Below are positions 16,136 to 24,727 of a stretch of DNA of 28,555 nt, in pieces. Location of the stretch: IMG/VR virus record IMGVR_UViG_3300021444_000005, positions 1 through 28,555 of that record. One strand, given 5' to 3'. Source of the DNA: a virus (Duplodnaviria; Caudoviricetes). Below the pieces are notes generated by a model. The model was given only the letters and a program-made list of their open reading frames with translations. It was not told the DNA's origin and searched no databases. Both the position numbers and the translations under genes were made by a program. Position 1 is the first letter of the stretch. Each line of letters begins with the position of its first letter.

Positions 16136-16143
16136 GACCATCA

Positions 16144-17643
16144 TCAGCCGTTGGCGATGTTCAGGATTGCGCCCATTGCGAACGGTGCGTACACGGCCAG
16201 AACCTGCTCCGAATACACGCCGGTCTCGTATTGACGGGTGCGCACAGGCCAGTCGATCTGGTAGTAGTCCTGGCGGGTCTTGACCTCGGCAACGTTCGAC
16301 ACGTTGTTGTTCTGGTACTGGACCGGCAGTTCTTCTGCATACAGCAGGATGGTGCCAGGTGGAACGTTCGGGTGCAGCTTGATCGGGATCATGCGGCCAC
16401 CGTCCGGGGTGTACGGATTGAAGTAAGCAGCAATCACGCCGCCAGCGGTCAGCTTGTACGGCTGGCCGTTTGCGGTCTGGTTGTTGTACTGCAGCAGCGG
16501 CGCATTGCCCGAAGTGGACAGGCATTTCTTGGTGATGTTCTTCAGCTCTTGCGAGTTGACGTACATCACGGTTGCCGACAGTTGGGCATTGTCCCACATG
16601 CCCTTCAGCGCGTTGTCGATTTCCACAACGGTACCAGCGCCGGATGCGGTCAGGTAGCTGCCGGTGCCAGCGGTACCGGATGGCAGGTAGTTGACATAGG
16701 CGCTCGATGCAGGCAGCAGCGCGGTAGTCAGCAGGCCGTCGAAGGCCAGGCCAGAGTTGCGCGAGCTGTCCTGGGTGACAGCCGAAATGTTCTGCGTGCC
16801 GGCGATCAGCGCATTGCTGTACGCCACGCTGTTGATGGTGGTGATCGCTTGCAGGGTTTCATTGCCAGCTGGGCCGATGAACCACGCATAAGCGACAGCG
16901 CCGTTGATCGAAGGGACCGAAGCGAACAGGGTATTGCCTGCGCCAACAACTTGGGTGACTTCGGCCGACTTGTTCGACGAGCCGCCGTTCAGCGTGAAGG
17001 TATTGCCGTCAGCGCCAGTGATCGACTTGTTGGTGGCCACGCCGTTTGCGACGGAAGATTGCACGTAGCCTTCCACGCTCAGTGCCACGACAATCACGCC
17101 GTAGGTAGCGGCAGGCAGCGAGCCGCCAGTACCGGATGCCGAGGTGGTGATGGTGCCAGGCGTACCCAACGCCAACGAGGCATTGCCGCCCAGGATGGCG
17201 ATCTCTTCCTTCAGGAAGGTTTTTTGCAGCAGGCGAACGGTCATCGTTGCACGCACGTCTTCAAACGTACGGCCGGCGCTCACCGATTCGAAGCTAACTT
17301 GATCTTCTTCGCCGATTGTCACGTAGTTGGCTGACTTGGGTGCGGTGTTGTAGCTCATGCGAGCCGAGCGCTGGCCTTCTGGAATCCACGGCATCGAACC
17401 GAAGCCCGAACCGTTGATCGCCGTCACCGTGCGCCAGTTGGTGGCAACACCAGTACCACCGCCCACGCGTGGGACGCTGTTCCGCAGTGGCGTCACCACT
17501 GGATACAGGTTCTTTGCTGGCGCTTGCAGATCGTAAGCAACCAAGCCATTGGCGGTAGTGATGGATTTCGCAATGTCCTCGCTGCCGCCGCCGCCGAGGA
17601 TGCCTTTTACCATGTCGATGGTATCTGCAGTAGTGCCACTCAT
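16144..17643 (-). CDS. Major capsid protein (499 aa, with a probable inserted beta domain)
   Basis: SD GGAGG; strong GC3 codon bias; follows the protease/scaffold; YDLQAPAKNLYPVVTPLRN N-terminus; downstream hairpin. Confidence 0.88.
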   Translation of the reverse strand: MSGTTADTIDMVKGILGGGGSEDIAKSITTANGLVAYDLQAPAKNLYPVVTPLRNSVPRVGGGTGVATNWRTVTAINGSGFGSMPWIPEGQRSARMSYNTAPKSANYVTIGEEDQVSFESVSAGRTFEDVRATMTVRLLQKTFLKEEIAILGGNASLALGTPGTITTSASGTGGSLPAATYGVIVVALSVEGYVQSSVANGVATNKSITGADGNTFTLNGGSSNKSAEVTQVVGAGNTLFASVPSINGAVAYAWFIGPAGNETLQAITTINSVAYSNALIAGTQNISAVTQDSSRNSGLAFDGLLTTALLPASSAYVNYLPSGTAGTGSYLTASGAGTVVEIDNALKGMWDNAQLSATVMYVNSQELKNITKKCLSTSGNAPLLQYNNQTANGQPYKLTAGGVIAAYFNPYTPDGGRMIPIKLHPNVPPGTILLYAEELPVQYQNNNVSNVAEVKTRQDYYQIDWPVRTRQYETGVYSEQVLAVYAPFAMGAILNIANG

Positions 17644-17668
17644 TTAGAGCCTCCGTGTGAAAAAATGA

Positions 17669-19228
17669 TTACCGCGCCAAGCGGAAGCCGCTCGACTGGT
17701 GGATTTTCTTAATCTGCATGTGGGCGGTAGCTTCTTCGTCCACGGTGCCGTCCGCTTTCTTGATGATGGTTTCCTCGGCCTGTTCCTTCGCCGAGTTATC
17801 CACCACCACGTCTGCGCTCTTTTCGATGGCGGTAGCGCGCAGGGAGACTTTGGACGGCGCTGGTTGCGCTTCCAGTTCCTGTACACGCTTGGCAAGGCCG
17901 TCTCGCTCATCGGTCATCTTTTTCAGGTCAGTTTCCAGCTTGGCCATCTTGGCGATGTCAACGCCGCCGTTCAGCTTGGCGACGATGGTGTCAGCCAGGG
18001 CTTTCATGTGCGTGCCAATGGTGCCGCGATCATCAAACAGCGCCTTGGAGATTTCCAACTGCTCGACGTGGCCGGTTGCCGCTGCGATGAACGTTTCGAC
18101 CGTCGCGCCTTCGCCGGTCAGGCCCTTGATGATGTCGGTCTTGGTGTCGGCCATCGCCACGTCAACGGCAACAGTCTGCGTCTTAGGTTGCAACGCAGCC
18201 AGCAATTCGCTGGTTTCTTCCTCGGCCATGTCCTTGAAGATTTCCACGCCGTCAGCCAGCCACTTGCGCAGCTGCTCAGGAATCGGCGATTGGTCGCCTT
18301 CGTAAGCGGCTTCATACTCAGCACTGCAGGCCAGGTCCGAGATGCAGGAGATGACATTGGCGAAGCTTTGCAGGCTGTACATGCCTTTGCGGACATCGTC
18401 CGCAGCGGCAAACTTCTCGGTGTCGTCGGCCGACGGTGGGCCGTCCTTGTCAATCTTGTCCTTCCAGGCTGCGATGATCTTGTCCTTGATCGTCTTCAGC
18501 TCGGCATCGCTGTAGTCCTTCTGGTTCTTCGGCATGTTGATGTACGACCATGCCGCACGGATATGCTTTTCCGTGTCGATAGGATAAGCATTGTTCTTGG
18601 TGTCGGCGTACTCGACATCGCCGTATGGCTTGTCTTTCCCGCCGTCCTTGCCGTCGTCTTTCTTGGCCTTGGCGATGTCTTCGTTTGCCAGCTCCACGAC
18701 GCGATCCAGCGAGATATCGCCCTTGTTGACCAGCTCGACCAGCGCGGCCACCGATTCTGGCGAACCTTTTACGTCAAGCTCGGTTTCATCGTCACCGCCG
18801 ATGTCTTCACCTTTCCACATCGAGATAACCGCCTCGGGATTAGCCGGACGGTCAACGAGGCTGATTTCGGTCAGGCGCATCTTGGAAATGGTGTTCGTGG
18901 CCTTGTCGTAGCCACCTGGGAGTTTCTTGCCACCGATTGAAAACCCACGGTAGACGCCTTTTTTAACTTTTTCCCAGGCATTGTCATCAACCACATGAAC
19001 GCCGATCTGCACGCCACTGTCATCGAAATTGTATTCTTTGACAATGCCAACAGCCGATGGCTGATGCATTTCACGAACATTGGCGAACTTCATGTAATCG
19101 TCCCACGCATCCTGAACCGCCGACTTGGTGACAATTTCACCTTGGGAATCCACCGATTCAGTGGATGCGTAGCCGAACACCATGCGCTGTTCGTCGTCTA
19201 TCTTCTGAATTTCACCATACAGTTTCAT
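17669..19228 (-). CDS. Prohead protease (XkdF/S78-like) fused to a scaffold region
   Basis: VFGYAS..VDSQGE, REMH, GFSIGG, EISLVDRPANPEA in the first ~140 aa; acidic coiled-coil C-terminus; internal YPIDTEKHIRAAWSYIN domain. Confidence 0.9.
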   Translation of the reverse strand: MKLYGEIQKIDDEQRMVFGYASTESVDSQGEIVTKSAVQDAWDDYMKFANVREMHQPSAVGIVKEYNFDDSGVQIGVHVVDDNAWEKVKKGVYRGFSIGGKKLPGGYDKATNTISKMRLTEISLVDRPANPEAVISMWKGEDIGGDDETELDVKGSPESVAALVELVNKGDISLDRVVELANEDIAKAKKDDGKDGGKDKPYGDVEYADTKNNAYPIDTEKHIRAAWSYINMPKNQKDYSDAELKTIKDKIIAAWKDKIDKDGPPSADDTEKFAAADDVRKGMYSLQSFANVISCISDLACSAEYEAAYEGDQSPIPEQLRKWLADGVEIFKDMAEEETSELLAALQPKTQTVAVDVAMADTKTDIIKGLTGEGATVETFIAAATGHVEQLEISKALFDDRGTIGTHMKALADTIVAKLNGGVDIAKMAKLETDLKKMTDERDGLAKRVQELEAQPAPSKVSLRATAIEKSADVVVDNSAKEQAEETIIKKADGTVDEEATAHMQIKKIHQSSGFRLAR

Positions 19229-19785
19229 GCCAGCTCCTTTTTAGCGTTTTTAGTACGCATTGCTGCGGCGTGGCGCTTAGCTATCCATTCTGGGCGCTGT
19301 GGCACACCACGTCGTACAGCACTCATTTTCTTTTTAGTTTCTTCACTGATGGGGCGACCTTTCAATTTAGCGCGAATTCTTTCGCGCATTTCTTCTGGTA
19401 CAACAGCCCCTTTTCGATACGAATTACCCTTTTTCGAATCCCGTATCTTTTCCTTGAATTCTTGGCTGTGCTTGTAGCCAAGCATATTTATTTTCGTCTC
19501 AAGCGTTTTGTTGTAACCAAATTCTCTGTCATTGCTCTTGAAACTCAAAATTGCAGCTTTTTCCATTTCCAGCAAGTAATCTTTGTCATTTGCATAAATG
19601 ATTACTTCAAAGCTGAAGTTTCCTTTTGCTGAATCATAGCCGGACTGAAGATGTTGATTCTTATGCGTTCCTTTGCGCAACAAGCGACCATGCTCATAGA
19701 GGCGCTTCTTCAGATCAAAAGATGATCCGATGTAGATCTTGCCACTTTCCATGCTAGTCAGCTTGTACAGTCCAGAATTCATCAA
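19225..19785 (-). mobile_element. Free-standing GIY-YIG homing endonuclease gene with NUMOD3-like repeats
   Basis: SGLYKLT...IYIGSS, R..H, GYN; three repeats (HSQEFKEKIRDSKKG, VPEEMRERIRAKLKG, ISEETKKKMSAVRRG); AT-rich relative to flanks. Confidence 0.9.
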
Positions 19786-19803
19786 TGCCCCATTAATTTT
19801 TTC

Positions 19804-19838
19804 GATTGTAACATTAATTTATTATCGTAAATTACGAT
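19804..19838 (-). promoter_or_regulatory. Putative extended -10 promoter (TGTTACAAT) with an upstream palindrome
   Basis: AT-rich gap; 16-mer identical to 22548-22563; inverted repeat ATCGTAA-A-TTACGAT at 19824-19838. Confidence 0.55.
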
Positions 19839-19841
19839 TTT

Positions 19842-22172
19842 CTACTGTTCTTCGCCCTCGTCGCTTGCTTCCTGGTCTTGGTCTTTGGTTCCTTGATCCA
19901 ATACCGCAACCACCGAGCACCTACACGCGGGATGCGCGGGGGGTGCCTGTTCGCCACTTGGGAAGTCGTCGTCAAGTGGGATCGCGCCGGCCGCTTCGTT
20001 CTTCAGGCATTCGTCAGACACCTTGTCATCTTGCGCCGTTGACCATGCTTTTTTCTGAACAACACCTGATTCTTTGTAGGCGGCTACCTGGCCGGCAGAA
20101 TCTGCGCGGCGCGTTTCGGTCCTGGCAATCGCTTGCGCACGCTCTGGCGAGAATCCGAAGCTCTCAGCCAGGTTGTCCGCAAGTTCATCCGTCGTCGCGC
20201 CTTCGTCAATCGAACTGGCGATAATGCCCTTGAGCATGTCCCGCGTGCTGTCAGTGATAACCCACTGCGCATCGGGATTGTCGACCAGCTCGCCGTTGAC
20301 CCACTTTTTACCGACCATTTCAGCAGCACGATCCTGCGCCCAGTCAGCAATCGACGGGACTTCCTCGGCGTCCATACTCAACTCGTCGTAGGCCGCTTCA
20401 GCGCCATCATTCGCCGCCACGGCCAGCAATGCCGTCATGCTGTCTATCGAATCGTCAAAATTGATATCCAAGTCGCTGGCGATCTGCTGCGCTTTTTTCT
20501 TGTTCGCTGCTTTCTGCTCTTCCGTCAGGTCTTCGCCTTCATCTGCCTTTTTCAGCTCGGCCGCCACCTGTCCCGCTACCTGCTTGGACTTCTTGGCGAG
20601 GTAATCCGTCCAGAAGTCCGCGATGCGATTTTGAATCTTGACGATGCTCGCCCGGTCTGGATCAATAGGACCGGGCTTTGACTTTTTTGCTTTGGCTACC
20701 TCGCCCTTTTCGTCTTGCTTGCCGGCCGCTGGTTTAGCAGCTGGTTTGGGCGGTGCATTGGCTGGCGGCTTTCCGTCTTCAGTAGGGGCAGCGCCTGGCG
20801 CACCTTCCTGGCCGACTTCAAGCGATGGCACCAACGCGACAGGCGGCGGCTGCTTGGCGGCGGAAATGCGCTCCAACTGTTCATCCGTCAGCGGCTCAAG
20901 GCCAAGATCACCGCGCACCTCGTCAGGAGTGATGACCCCGCCATCCAAATAGATTTTGTGAACATTGGCGCGCTGCAATGGGTCTTGCACCTTTTCATCG
21001 GCCCAAGAAAACTGCAGGTCGGTGTAGCCGAAGACGAAACGGATGATGTAATTGATGAGGTTGACGACCCACTGCATGATCGGCGCCAAGCCTTCAGTCA
21101 GCGCCGCCTCGCGTGCGGTTTCCGCCGTCGCCCGGTTCATGTGCTGCACGAATGCAGTCGGCTCAATCGAGAAGCAGAAGCAGACGATGCGAGCCAGCCA
21201 CTCGTCAAAGGCGTCCTTGAGAACGTCTTCCTTAATCATGTGTATATCGAGCTTGCCTGGCACGAATTTCATGTGCCGGCGCTCGGCAGTGTTGCCTTCG
21301 TTCAGCGAATCCCACAGTTCCTGGAATTGGCGAATCTGGTCGGGGTTCCAAGTGTCAGGCGTGCCGACAATTGCCTCTGGGATATTGCCCTCAGTGTAGA
21401 ACTGGAGCTTATGGACGGATCGTCGCAGTGCCGTATTGACCGTAATCAGGATTTGCTCGACCGGCGAGAAGCCGTAGACCTTGTGCGTGCGTGCATTGCG
21501 CGGACGATAGATCATTTCTTCGGTCGTGTAATCAGACGCGACGATGCCCTTGATAATCTGCTGGTAGGCGTGATTCGGCGGGATCGGCGTGCGGCCTTGC
21601 ATATCCAGCAGACGCTTGATGGTGTCGCCGCTGATCGGCTCCAATGCGTATAGCTGTCCGCCAACAGTGCGCCGGACATACAGCGTCGGAGCGTCGATCA
21701 CGAACATGTCTTCCAGAAGCATGCGCAGCCAGGTATCCCAGTCGTGTTCCCTGTCAGGGAATTGCAAAAAGTCCTGGATTTCCTTGCAGCGTGCGTCAGG
21801 GTCTTTGGTGTCGTCAATCGGCGTAATGGCCCATTTGAGCTTCGCCATCTGGTCTTTGCGCGTCTCGATCACGAGGCGCAGGACGTCGCAGGAATCCGCC
21901 AGGAAGCGCAATTGCGAGAATGAAACGCCCTCGTCAGAGCGTGGCGTGATAACCCGGTTTGTGCCAACCTGATAATCGAACCGGCGACCGACGATCTGCG
22001 CTTCGTCCTGCTTCGGCACCATAACGTCCAGTGGACGATTCGGGCCAAAGATTCCGCTGTCGTATTGATTCTCAGAAATCTCGCCGCTACCGGAAAAAGC
22101 GGCAAGAGCGCCTTTCACCGCACCTGCGATGCGCGAGATAATGCCTGCTTCTATCGGCTTTTTCTCTGCCAT
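19842..22172 (-). CDS. Portal protein fused to a Mu gpF / SPP1 gp7-like minor head domain
   Basis: Portal motifs YGFSPVE and ITPDEVRGDLGLEP (~aa 1-430); Pro/Ala linker; RAQAIARTET and PPAHPACRC of gpF. Confidence 0.9.
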   Translation of the reverse strand: MAEKKPIEAGIISRIAGAVKGALAAFSGSGEISENQYDSGIFGPNRPLDVMVPKQDEAQIVGRRFDYQVGTNRVITPRSDEGVSFSQLRFLADSCDVLRLVIETRKDQMAKLKWAITPIDDTKDPDARCKEIQDFLQFPDREHDWDTWLRMLLEDMFVIDAPTLYVRRTVGGQLYALEPISGDTIKRLLDMQGRTPIPPNHAYQQIIKGIVASDYTTEEMIYRPRNARTHKVYGFSPVEQILITVNTALRRSVHKLQFYTEGNIPEAIVGTPDTWNPDQIRQFQELWDSLNEGNTAERRHMKFVPGKLDIHMIKEDVLKDAFDEWLARIVCFCFSIEPTAFVQHMNRATAETAREAALTEGLAPIMQWVVNLINYIIRFVFGYTDLQFSWADEKVQDPLQRANVHKIYLDGGVITPDEVRGDLGLEPLTDEQLERISAAKQPPPVALVPSLEVGQEGAPGAAPTEDGKPPANAPPKPAAKPAAGKQDEKGEVAKAKKSKPGPIDPDRASIVKIQNRIADFWTDYLAKKSKQVAGQVAAELKKADEGEDLTEEQKAANKKKAQQIASDLDINFDDSIDSMTALLAVAANDGAEAAYDELSMDAEEVPSIADWAQDRAAEMVGKKWVNGELVDNPDAQWVITDSTRDMLKGIIASSIDEGATTDELADNLAESFGFSPERAQAIARTETRRADSAGQVAAYKESGVVQKKAWSTAQDDKVSDECLKNEAAGAIPLDDDFPSGEQAPPAHPACRCSVVAVLDQGTKDQDQEASDEGEEQ

Positions 22173-22174
22173 GT

Positions 22175-22513
22175 TTAGCCCGCGTAGGTTTTAGCCATAG
22201 CGGTATGTCCATCAGACATGGCCGTATGTGCTTTTGCTTTCACACGGGCGGAATATGCCTCGTCGGCGTCTGCATCCTTCGCCACGTCGCTATGCGCAGC
22301 GGCAGCGATGTCGTGCGCCTTTGCAGCTTCTACGTGGGAATCCTGGTTATCGTTGGTAGCGGCTTTAACCGTCGCCTTGTTGGCGCGGCCGCTCGCAGCG
22401 TTGGCTTTATTCGACGTCATCTTGTCGCCGAATTTGCCGGAAGAGTCACGACCAGCTTTGGCGATGTCGGCCAACGTCTGATTTTTGTTGATGAAATCGG
22501 TCAGTCCGGACAT
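22175..22513 (-). CDS. Small Ala/His-rich protein (112 aa), probably head-associated
   Basis: ATG 22513; fills the terL-portal gap; RDSSGKF motif and heptad-spaced His. Confidence 0.75.
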   Translation of the reverse strand: MSGLTDFINKNQTLADIAKAGRDSSGKFGDKMTSNKANAASGRANKATVKAATNDNQDSHVEAAKAHDIAAAAHSDVAKDADADEAYSARVKAKAHTAMSDGHTAMAKTYAG

Positions 22514-22547
22514 AGGTTTCTCGCTGGTAATGGTTTGAGAATGTCGG

Positions 22548-22563
22548 GATTGTAACATTAATT
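22548..22563 (-). promoter_or_regulatory. Putative extended -10 promoter (TGTTACAAT)
   Basis: Exact 16-bp copy of 19804-19819, directly after the terL stop. Confidence 0.55.
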
Positions 22564-23992
22564 ACGCTGCTTTCTTCGCTTTCATTTCTTCTAGCTGCTT
22601 TTGCATCACCTCAATTAAGCCCAACGTGTTGTCGTTCAGTTCGTTGAATGCTTGAGAGCAGGCGTCGATCTGGTCATCATGCTTACCGTTGGGGAAAAGT
22701 CGCATTTCATCCTTGAGTGCAGCGTTCCATTCACCGCGCACCATCACGCAATTGCCGATATTGACCTGTGCGGCGAATGGCTCGGCGTTTAGCACCTTAT
22801 CGCCGCTAACTGGTTTGGCGACCACCGAGAAGCCAGATGCAGAGCGCACCATTGCCGCAGCGTGGTTCTTACCTGCTGCACCAGGGTCTTGCGGAATACG
22901 CTGCCGGACGTCGCGACCGTCTTCCTTTGCTTGATTCAGGAACATCTGCTCCATCGCGCCAGGACCGACTTTATCCTTGACGACGTGGGCAATGCACCAG
23001 CGGCCATCCGGCATCTTGCCGAGCTTCGCGCCGGCTGTCGGATCGCCGCCACCTTCAGTCGCGCCAAAGTCCCAGCCTCGACACCAGTGCACTCCTACCG
23101 GCATAGCATCGATAATTTCGATCTTATCTGGCTTGAATATGTTACCTTCTTTGGTACTAGGACGTTGCTGGTATTGCCCAGCGAAAACTTGCGGCGCGGC
23201 TTCTTGCATTAGCTCTAGCACTTCGACCGAGTGTTTCTCAGGCCATAGCGCCTCTTTCGTGCCGTCCGGCTTCTCGATCAGCGCTTCCAGACAAATGTGT
23301 TCCCACTTTTCGCCGTTTCCGCCGCCAAGCAACCAGCCTGAAAGGTCATTCTCGTGCAGACGCTGCATGATGACGATAATCGGCGTGTCTGGACTGTTTA
23401 GGCGCGACTCAAGAACCTGCTGGAATTGGTTGATAGCGCTCTGCCGGCGCACCTCAGATCGCGCCTCGCCGGCCTTCATTGGGTCGTCGATTAAGAGCGC
23501 CCCGGAAAAACCTTCTCGCATCTTGCCCGCACCGAAGCCGGTAATCGTGCCGTCAAAACCCGTCGCATAGACCACGCCGCCATCTGTCGTATGCCAATCA
23601 CCCTTGGCCGATGAAACTTTCGACAGTTCGACGTGCGGGAATATTTGACGGTATTCGTCAGATTGAACGATGGAGCGGGCACTCGATGCGTTATTCAGTG
23701 CCAGGTTAGCCGCATAGGACGTATGAATGAATTCGCAGTCAGGAACTTTACCGAGGCACCATGCGATGAAATTGACGATGACAAGTTCGGTTTTCGAGTA
23801 CCGTGGAGGAATGTTAATTATCAGTCTTTTAATTTCACCACGGAAAACAGCCATCAGCGCATCGCAGATGATCTTGTGATGCTTGGCGCGTACCCATTTC
23901 GACTTCTTGCGCGCCTTGAACATGTAGCGCGTGAAGAAGTAAAAATCCTCCTGGGCCATGCGCTGGGTGACGTATAGCTCTTTGGCGTCCAT
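22562..23992 (-). CDS. terL: Terminase large subunit
   Basis: Walker A PPRYSKT, Walker B LLIDD, coupling motif MQRLH, nuclease GWDFG and HDDQIDA; TAATG overlap with terS. Confidence 0.95.
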   Translation of the reverse strand: MDAKELYVTQRMAQEDFYFFTRYMFKARKKSKWVRAKHHKIICDALMAVFRGEIKRLIINIPPRYSKTELVIVNFIAWCLGKVPDCEFIHTSYAANLALNNASSARSIVQSDEYRQIFPHVELSKVSSAKGDWHTTDGGVVYATGFDGTITGFGAGKMREGFSGALLIDDPMKAGEARSEVRRQSAINQFQQVLESRLNSPDTPIIVIMQRLHENDLSGWLLGGGNGEKWEHICLEALIEKPDGTKEALWPEKHSVEVLELMQEAAPQVFAGQYQQRPSTKEGNIFKPDKIEIIDAMPVGVHWCRGWDFGATEGGGDPTAGAKLGKMPDGRWCIAHVVKDKVGPGAMEQMFLNQAKEDGRDVRQRIPQDPGAAGKNHAAAMVRSASGFSVVAKPVSGDKVLNAEPFAAQVNIGNCVMVRGEWNAALKDEMRLFPNGKHDDQIDACSQAFNELNDNTLGLIEVMQKQLEEMKAKKAA

Positions 23993-24639
23993 TAGCATTC
24001 CTTCGCTACGGCGGCGGCAATGGCGGCAAACTCGTCTGCCGTTGGCGGTGGCAGCTTCTTCTGTCCTTCGTCGTCCACGTTCTTGATGCGCTCGATGTAA
24101 TGGCCGGCAGCCTTGCCGCGAGCCACTTCGGCAGCGATTGCAGCCTTGATGTCGCCTCGAGACTTTGCCATGTCGCGCAATACCATCAGTTCGCGCAGGT
24201 GTTCTTCCAGATCGCAGGCGACGGTCTTTGCCACTTCGGCCCGGACAAGCTTAATCGCGTCCTGAATCGCGTTCGATCTGAGCATGTGCGATGCGGCAAG
24301 CGCAATCGCGTGGTTATCCCGGTCATCGGTGACGTCAAAGGCAAAGCGATACGCATTCGCGCCCTGATTCCCATTGCACAGCCATTCGCGCAGGAACAGG
24401 TTTTGCCGCCCTGTTAATCCGGGGAAATATAAGTCACATGTGCCGGAAAACCCGAGCGCCGATGCTTTTACGATAACAGCTCTGCGCTTATCGTCAGGCG
24501 CTGAAAACGGCCTCTGGATGATGTCCAGTTCAGCCTTAGCACGCTCCAAAGTCCATTCCTCGACAAGCTCATCTGCGACCATTGGCGCTTCTGCCTGGTC
24601 TGCATTGGTGGCTTTTGTTTTAGACTTTGGTTGTTTCAT
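23992..24639 (-). CDS. terS: Terminase small subunit
   Basis: LTGRQNLFLREW..NGANAYRFAF..AASHML HTH-like region and AAIAAEVARGKAAGHY; immediately upstream of terL. Confidence 0.82.
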   Translation of the reverse strand: MKQPKSKTKATNADQAEAPMVADELVEEWTLERAKAELDIIQRPFSAPDDKRRAVIVKASALGFSGTCDLYFPGLTGRQNLFLREWLCNGNQGANAYRFAFDVTDDRDNHAIALAASHMLRSNAIQDAIKLVRAEVAKTVACDLEEHLRELMVLRDMAKSRGDIKAAIAAEVARGKAAGHYIERIKNVDDEGQKKLPPPTADEFAAIAAAVAKEC

Positions 24640-24695
24640 GCTTGCAATTGTAGCATTCTGGTCTAGACGTCCTAGTTTCGCACTACAATATCAAT
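24640..24695. promoter_or_regulatory. Divergent promoter region
   Basis: Minus TGCTACAAT (24655-24647) toward terS; plus TACAAT (24684-24689) toward 24728; palindrome GTCTAGAC at 24661-24668. Confidence 0.55.
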
Positions 24696-24727
24696 TTTCA
24701 AAGCGGCAATACCTTACAGGGGGAAAT

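Noticed and set aside
19225-19841. Group I intron around the GIY-YIG gene
   Set aside because: Both flanking genes are intact and only ~56 nt of non-coding sequence exists, too little for a ribozyme core.
15967-21653. Long plus-strand ORFs (455, 413, 312 aa) opposite the capsid, protease and portal genes
   Set aside because: Antisense shadows of GC3-biased genes; no SD or recognisable motifs.
22562-23992. Intein or intron in terL
   Set aside because: Normal length with continuous ATPase and nuclease motifs.
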